Assembly (NCBI GenBank): GCA_003009755.1
Contig: PXUB01000001.1
Location: 32,001 to 96,000 of the forward strand
Direction of reading: 5' to 3'
Source of the DNA: Thermoplasmatales archaeon SW_10_69_26
GTDB lineage: Archaea > Thermoplasmatota > SW-10-69-26
Length of the DNA stretch: 64,000 nt
Shown: positions 59,000 to 64,000 of the stretch, in pieces
Position numbering within the stretch: the first letter of the stretch is position 1
How the letters are laid out: each line of letters begins with the position of its first letter
The notes under the pieces: generated by a model
Databases searched by the model: none
What the model saw: only the letters and a program-made list of their open reading frames with translations
Told to the model about the DNA's origin: nothing
Position numbers and translations under genes: made by a program

Positions 59000-60130
59000 G
59001 ACGTCTTCGATCCCGACGCTCAACCGGATCAAGCCGTCGGCGATGCCGGCCTCGCGGCGTTCCTCGTCGGAGAGCGGCGCGTGCGTCATGCTGGCCGGGT
59101 GCTGGATGAGGGTCTCGACGCCGCCCAGGGACACGCCCAGGGTGGCGACCTCGGTCGATTCGAGGGCGCGGCGGCCGGCCTCGACGCCGCCGTCGACCTC
59201 GAAGGACACGATCGCGCCGAAGCCGTCCATCTGGCGGGCGGCCACGTCGTGGCCGGGGTGGGTCTCGAGGCTGGGGTGGTAGACCTCGGTGACGAGCGGA
59301 TGGTCGTCGAGGAAGGCGGCCAGCTGGCGTGCGGTCTCGTTCTGGCGTTGCACGCGCAGCTCGAGGGTCTTCATGCCGCGGTGGGCGAGGAAGGCGTCGT
59401 TGGGCGCCAGCGATGGGCCCAGCATCTTGTACGTCGTCCACATCGACTCGATCGTGTCCCGATCGGCGACGATGGCGCCGGCGGTCACGTCGCTGTGGCC
59501 GGCGAGGAACTTCGTGCCGGAGTGGAGGACGACGTCGGCGCCCAGCTCGAGCGGGCGCTGGTTGACGGGGCTGGCGAACGTGTTGTCGACGAACACCGGC
59601 ACGTCCCTCTCGTGCGCGATGTCGCTGATCGCCTCGACGTCGGCGACCTGCAGCAAGGGGTTGGAGGGGGTCTCGAGGTAGACGAGGGAGGTGTCCTCGG
59701 TGATCTCGTCGGCGAACCGGTCGACGTCGGTGCCGGGCAGGAACGTCGTCTCGACCCCGTAGTCCGGCAGCAGGCGGGCCATCATCTCTTGCGTGGCGCT
59801 GTAGAGGCTGTTCTGCGCCACGATGCGCTCGCCCTCGCGCGCCTGGTCGATCAAGGCGGTCGCGATGGCGCCCATGCCGGAGCTGGCGGCCAGCGCGGCT
59901 TCGCCGCTCTCGACGTCGGCCAGGGCCTCCTCGAAGCGGGCCACGGTCGGGTTACCCCATCGCGCGTAGAACTCCTCGGGGCGCTTGGCTTGGGCGAACG
60001 CGGCGCCCTGTTCGGCGCTCTCGAGGCTCCAGGTGGCCGATTGCTCGATCGAGAGGCCAAGCCCGTCGTGATCTTCCTCGGAGGCGGTGGCTTCGAGGAA
60101 CGCGGTGGCGCGTTGCCGGTCCCCGCTCAC
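58955..60130 (-). CDS. PLP-dependent trans-sulfuration enzyme (cystathionine gamma-synthase/lyase or methionine gamma-lyase)
   Basis: YARWGNPT, SSGMGAI, ETPSNP, VDNTFASP, HSGTKFLAGHSD, SLGGVETL..HPASMTH. Confidence 0.92.
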   Translation of the reverse strand: MSGDRQRATAFLEATASEEDHDGLGLSIEQSATWSLESAEQGAAFAQAKRPEEFYARWGNPTVARFEEALADVESGEAALAASSGMGAIATALIDQAREGERIVAQNSLYSATQEMMARLLPDYGVETTFLPGTDVDRFADEITEDTSLVYLETPSNPLLQVADVEAISDIAHERDVPVFVDNTFASPVNQRPLELGADVVLHSGTKFLAGHSDVTAGAIVADRDTIESMWTTYKMLGPSLAPNDAFLAHRGMKTLELRVQRQNETARQLAAFLDDHPLVTEVYHPSLETHPGHDVAARQMDGFGAIVSFEVDGGVEAGRRALESTEVATLGVSLGGVETLIQHPASMTHAPLSDEERREAGIADGLIRLSVGIEDVVDLETDLDQALESM

Positions 60131-60894
60131 GGGCGATCCCTCCGGGGGCCGGTCTCGTGGCGGTCGAGCACGGCGTCCACCTGCTCGTGCAGGATCTCCG
60201 GGTCGGGCACGTCGACGTCGTCGAAGCCGGCCGAGCGCTCGGGTTGGCCATCCAGGTCCGGATGGCCGGGCACGAGGTCCCCGCCGGTCGGCGGCGCCGG
60301 GCCGGGCGCCCTCACGGTGGGGCGCACGCGGTGGCGAGGGTCGTCGTCGGTCTCCGTCGAGGGCGCAGGGCGAGCGGGCACGCGGCGACCCGCGTCGGTC
60401 CCTCGCGGCGGGCGGTCCCTGGTCTCGGCGGGTCGGCCGGTCTCGGCGGACACGGGCGCCGGCTGCGGCGCGGGCTCGGCCGGCTCGTCCGCGTCGATCG
60501 CCGGCTCGAGCTCGTCGGTCGCCACCTCGTCGGCCCCCTCGGTCTCGTCGAGGCTCTCCGGTTGGGGGTTCTCGGTCTCGTCGGCATCGTCGTCGCCGAG
60601 CCCGATGCGGCGCCGGAGCCGAGCCAGCAAGCCATCGTCGGCCTCGTCGACCTCCTCGGCGTTCTCGGCCGTGGCGGGGCTCTCGTCGGCGTCGGGGGCT
60701 TGCCCGGGGTCGAAGCGGTCGACGAGCTCGTCCACCACGCTTCCGCCGGACGAGCCGGTCGCCGATCCCGAGCGGCCCCGGGTGGGGACCATCGGGGTCG
60801 GCGGCGGAGCCGTCCGTGGGCCGGCGTCTGGTGTGCTCGTCGGCTGAGCCTGGCTGTCGTCGACCGTCGGCCGCGAGGCCGCATCCTCGACCAT
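60127..60894 (-). CDS. Acidic low-complexity hypothetical protein
   Basis: Host-like codon usage; GTGA overlap with downstream gene. Confidence 0.6.
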   Translation of the reverse strand: MVEDAASRPTVDDSQAQPTSTPDAGPRTAPPPTPMVPTRGRSGSATGSSGGSVVDELVDRFDPGQAPDADESPATAENAEEVDEADDGLLARLRRRIGLGDDDADETENPQPESLDETEGADEVATDELEPAIDADEPAEPAPQPAPVSAETGRPAETRDRPPRGTDAGRRVPARPAPSTETDDDPRHRVRPTVRAPGPAPPTGGDLVPGHPDLDGQPERSAGFDDVDVPDPEILHEQVDAVLDRHETGPRRDRP

Positions 60895-60943
60895 CGGCCG
60901 GCCAACCGCGTCCCGCCAGGTAAAGGCTTCCGGGCGCGGCAGG

Positions 60944-61756
60944 TCAGCCGTCGGTCAACAGCTTGCGGGCCTCGCGCCAGTCGCCCTTGCGCGGCTCGGT
61001 GCGGTCCTGGTCGGCGTAGAAGGCCTCGACGAGGACGCGATCGACGTCGGCCTCGCGCGTGGCTTCCAGGATCGCGTCGAGGTCGGCCTCGCCGGCGCCC
61101 GGCATCAGGTGATCGCGGATGCCGGCCTCGGTCTCGACGAGGTCCATGACGTGGGTGAGCTGCCAGGGATCGCCCAGCGCGTGGCCCCAGGTGTCCAGGT
61201 CCCAGCGGTTGCCGTCGCGGTGGGCCTGGATGGCCGCGTGGCCGGGGTCCAGGCAGAAGCCGACCTCGGTGAGCGGGTCGAGGAACGCGGCGACCTCTTG
61301 GGGGGTGCCCATCGGGGAGCCGGTGTTCTCGACGATGACGTCGACCTCGTCGCCGGCGCTGCGCGCCAGCGCTTGCAAGCTGGCGTGGGCGGTCTGCAGG
61401 CCCTCCTCGAGCACCTCGCGGCGCGGGTAGCCGCGGAAGTCGGGGGCCTCGACGTGGAACACGATGTAGCTGGCCTCGGCGGTGCGGGCGATCGCCAGGC
61501 AATCCTGGGCGATCTCGCGAGCGGCCCGCGCCAGCGGCTCGCGGGGATGAGCCAAGGCCTGGGTCCGCCAGGGGGCGTGGATGCCCAGCCCGACACCCAG
61601 CTCGTCGCAGGTGTCGGCCAGGTCCGTCGGGTCGAGCCCGTCCGGCCAGGGTGCATCGAGGGAGAGTTCGACGAAGTCGTAGCCCGTCTCGGCCGCCAGC
61701 TCGAGCCCCTGGCGGGGCTGGCCGGCACCGATCCACCACGGCAAACCGAGCTGCAC
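60944..61756 (-). CDS. Sugar phosphate isomerase/epimerase (AP endonuclease 2 TIM barrel)
   Basis: GYDFVEL, HAPW, VENT, CLDPGHA, HVMD, DHL.PG.G. Confidence 0.82.
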   Translation of the reverse strand: MQLGLPWWIGAGQPRQGLELAAETGYDFVELSLDAPWPDGLDPTDLADTCDELGVGLGIHAPWRTQALAHPREPLARAAREIAQDCLAIARTAEASYIVFHVEAPDFRGYPRREVLEEGLQTAHASLQALARSAGDEVDVIVENTGSPMGTPQEVAAFLDPLTEVGFCLDPGHAAIQAHRDGNRWDLDTWGHALGDPWQLTHVMDLVETEAGIRDHLMPGAGEADLDAILEATREADVDRVLVEAFYADQDRTEPRKGDWREARKLLTDG

Positions 61757-61902
61757 ACCTCACGAACGCGGACGTGCGTGAAAAGCCAACGGGTGGGGAG
61801 GGGGGCCATAGGGAAGCTCAGCGCTTCGCCCGTCAATCATCCACAACGCGGATGTGAATCTTCTCGAAGGGACGCTTTTACCTCTGTATGTTCTAGATTC
61901 GA

Positions 61903-62097
61903 ATGGGAAAACGAACGGTGGATCGGAGAGTTACTTTCGGGACCCTACTGGGTTTGGCGCTGATCGTGGCCGCTCTTCCCGCCGGCCTGGCAGACGCACT
62001 GACGTGCTCGACCAGCATGCCAGGATGCGAAATGGATCTCCTTCCATCCACAGGCACCGTAGAATCGGAGGTTCGCGTAGACCGGTATCGGGATTGA
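61903..62097 (+). CDS. Small secreted peptide (putative)
   Basis: Basic N-terminus, hydrophobic helix, A-x-A site, 2 Cys; AT-rich upstream region. Confidence 0.45.
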   Translation: MGKRTVDRRVTFGTLLGLALIVAALPAGLADALTCSTSMPGCEMDLLPSTGTVESEVRVDRYRD

Positions 62098-62180
62098 CCG
62101 GCGAAACAGACTGACGTAAGAGGGGGCGGGCCCCCCACTTAGACCCTCCAAAGATAGCCCACATCACTGGAAGACGGATC

Positions 62181-63443
62181 ATGTCATCGCCGCGAACTGT
62201 CGTGTTCCTGGCCGTATTCAGCCTCACCCTGGGTTCGATCATCCCCACCGCGATCGCGGTGAACCCGACGGACGACGATGCCGGATCTGGAGGCGATGCA
62301 GGCGATCGACCTGAGGCCGCGACCCGCATCCAGCCTGGCGTCTACGAGGGGGAGACGAGCCCACCGATGGACGAGTACGATTGGTACGAGTTCCACGCCG
62401 AACGAGGGGAGGGGCTGACGATCCAAGCCTCGAACTTGGCGAGCAGTCAACGATTGTCTCTCTACGATCCCAGCGGAACTGAGAGGGTTGAGCTCTCCAG
62501 GTTCGACAGCACCCGGACGATCACCGTCCACGAGGCGGGCGTCTGGCAGGTCGAGATCCGTCAGAGCCGGTACAGCCTCAGCCCTCCGAGCGAGTACGCG
62601 TTCTCGGTCCGCTTGGAACCGCAGGAGGCCTTCGCGGTCGGGGAGGAGCTTCCCGGCGGTAGCGTCGTGGAAGCCTCGGTGGATCGACCGGCCTCGATGA
62701 ACCTGCAGGCGTTCGCGTGCGCTCGGCAAGGCCCAGGCGTCGGCCCCGAGAGCGCCGGCTACCAGTTCTCCGTGAACGCCACTGTCGACGGACAAACAGG
62801 CACCCTCATGCTCATCGGGTTCATCGGTTCGTCTGGCACAGACGAGGCGGTGTTCGTGGACGGTCCCCTCGCAGGGAGCATAGAGCTCCCTCTCGAGGTT
62901 GATCTGGACCGCTTCGGCCACTGCATCGGGGTCATATTCAGCGGGGATGTGGATCGCGCTCTCGTGCGGGGAGGGGTCTTCGCTCTCCACGCCGACACCG
63001 ACTCGATCCTCTCCTTCGGCACCAACCGGACCGCCGAAACCCGGTCGTTCGCGACCGACGAGGTCGTCCGCTGGGACGGAGCCTCCAACAGCACCCGGGT
63101 CCGCGGCCCTGGCGTGAACGTAGCCGACGACCGTTCCACCGAGCGAGCTCTCCCGGAGGGCTTCTTCGGTCGCTTCTCCACCTACGGCTCGGGGGGTTGG
63201 GTCGAGACACCCGACGGTTCACGGATCCAGATCGATGAAGGGGAAGGCGGGATCGCGTTGGCTTCGCAGCCGTCGGGGGAATGGCGGTTCCACGTCGATC
63301 GGTCCGTCTCGGTCGTTGCTGCCGACCGCTCCTACCTGATCGGTGCCCGATTGCCAGCACTGGGTCTTGCCGAGCCTGTCACCGTCCTCACCGAGCCAGA
63401 CCCCTGCCCCAGCGCCGAATGCCGGTTGACGATAGGGATCTGA
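62181..63443 (+). CDS. Secreted protein with PPC-like domain
   Basis: Signal peptide; DDAGSGGDAGD, DEYDWYEF, LYDPSG. Confidence 0.75.
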   Translation: MSSPRTVVFLAVFSLTLGSIIPTAIAVNPTDDDAGSGGDAGDRPEAATRIQPGVYEGETSPPMDEYDWYEFHAERGEGLTIQASNLASSQRLSLYDPSGTERVELSRFDSTRTITVHEAGVWQVEIRQSRYSLSPPSEYAFSVRLEPQEAFAVGEELPGGSVVEASVDRPASMNLQAFACARQGPGVGPESAGYQFSVNATVDGQTGTLMLIGFIGSSGTDEAVFVDGPLAGSIELPLEVDLDRFGHCIGVIFSGDVDRALVRGGVFALHADTDSILSFGTNRTAETRSFATDEVVRWDGASNSTRVRGPGVNVADDRSTERALPEGFFGRFSTYGSGGWVETPDGSRIQIDEGEGGIALASQPSGEWRFHVDRSVSVVAADRSYLIGARLPALGLAEPVTVLTEPDPCPSAECRLTIGI

Positions 63444-63473
63444 GTCGGGCTCGTTCGCCGGGCAGTCGGCCCG

Positions 63474-64000
63474 CTATTCCTCGTCGACCTCGACGGGGAC
63501 GCCTTGCACCTTGGCGCCGGCGGGCACGTGGCCGTCTTTCGGGACGACGCTGCCGGCCCCGACGACGGCGCCCTCGCCGATGTGGGCGCCGGGGAACACG
63601 ATGGCGCCCTCGCCGATCGCAGCGCCGTCCTCGATCACGACCTCGTCGATGTAGAGGTCGTTGCCTTGACCGGCGTGGGCCATGACGACGGCGCTGCCGC
63701 CGATCACGACGCCGTCACCGATGGTGAGCAGATTGAGGTCGTACACCTGGGGCGTGTTGATGACGACGCCCTTGCCGACCTCGGCCCCCATCGCTCGATA
63801 GAACAGGATGTTGAACCGCGTGGTGCGGGTGAAGGGCAAGAACAGGTAGCGGGCGATCATCACGAGCAGGTTGTAGATGAAGAACTTCGTGACGGCCCAC
63901 GAGCGCAGGTCCCTCTCGCCCTCGGGGACCGAGATCCGGAAGACGTTGCGGACGAGCGCGATCGTCGTCAACAGGACAAGGCCCCACGCGATGAAGGTGA
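63474..64000 (-). CDS. Hexapeptide-repeat acyltransferase, 5' end beyond window
   Basis: MGAEVGKGV, IGDGVVIG, IGEGAIVFPG, VGAGSVV, GVP. Confidence 0.85.
   Translation of the reverse strand, partial: TFIAWGLVLLTTIALVRNVFRISVPEGERDLRSWAVTKFFIYNLLVMIARYLFLPFTRTTRFNILFYRAMGAEVGKGVVINTPQVYDLNLLTIGDGVVIGGSAVVMAHAGQGNDLYIDEVVIEDGAAIGEGAIVFPGAHIGEGAVVGAGSVVPKDGHVPAGAKVQGVPVEVDEE

Overview
High-GC (about 70%) archaeal chromosomal segment with an acidic, halophile-type proteome. The archaeal origin is shown by SRP54, TiaS, PCNA, TFS, PolB2 and an intron-containing C1-G72 tRNA-Tyr. A halophilic Thermoplasmatota-like lineage is plausible but is inference only. Housekeeping genes (srp54, tiaS, pepQ, pgi/pmi, tfs, pcn, icd, purF, a trans-sulfuration enzyme) alternate with many secreted or surface proteins, two toxin-antitoxin loci, pseudogene relics and degenerate intergenic repeats. 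Highlights: (1) a receptor-type Ser/Thr kinase and an HTH-FHA regulator flank two tandem homologous putative small-RNA genes, each with its own predicted promoter, operator-like dyads and four conserved CAUCC motifs; this is the best candidate for an undescribed system. (2) A secreted 8-repeat protein has Cys-bracketed hypervariable loops. (3) A bacterial-type plsC-gpsA pair. (4) A RecA-like/small protein/PolB2 operon plus HepT-MntA lies between duplicated beta-helix genes. (5) tRNA-Tyr-derived tandem and inverted repeats. (6) A nirK pseudogene has its middle replaced by a lower-GC cyclase-like cassette. All calls come from reading motifs by eye; no database searches were run.
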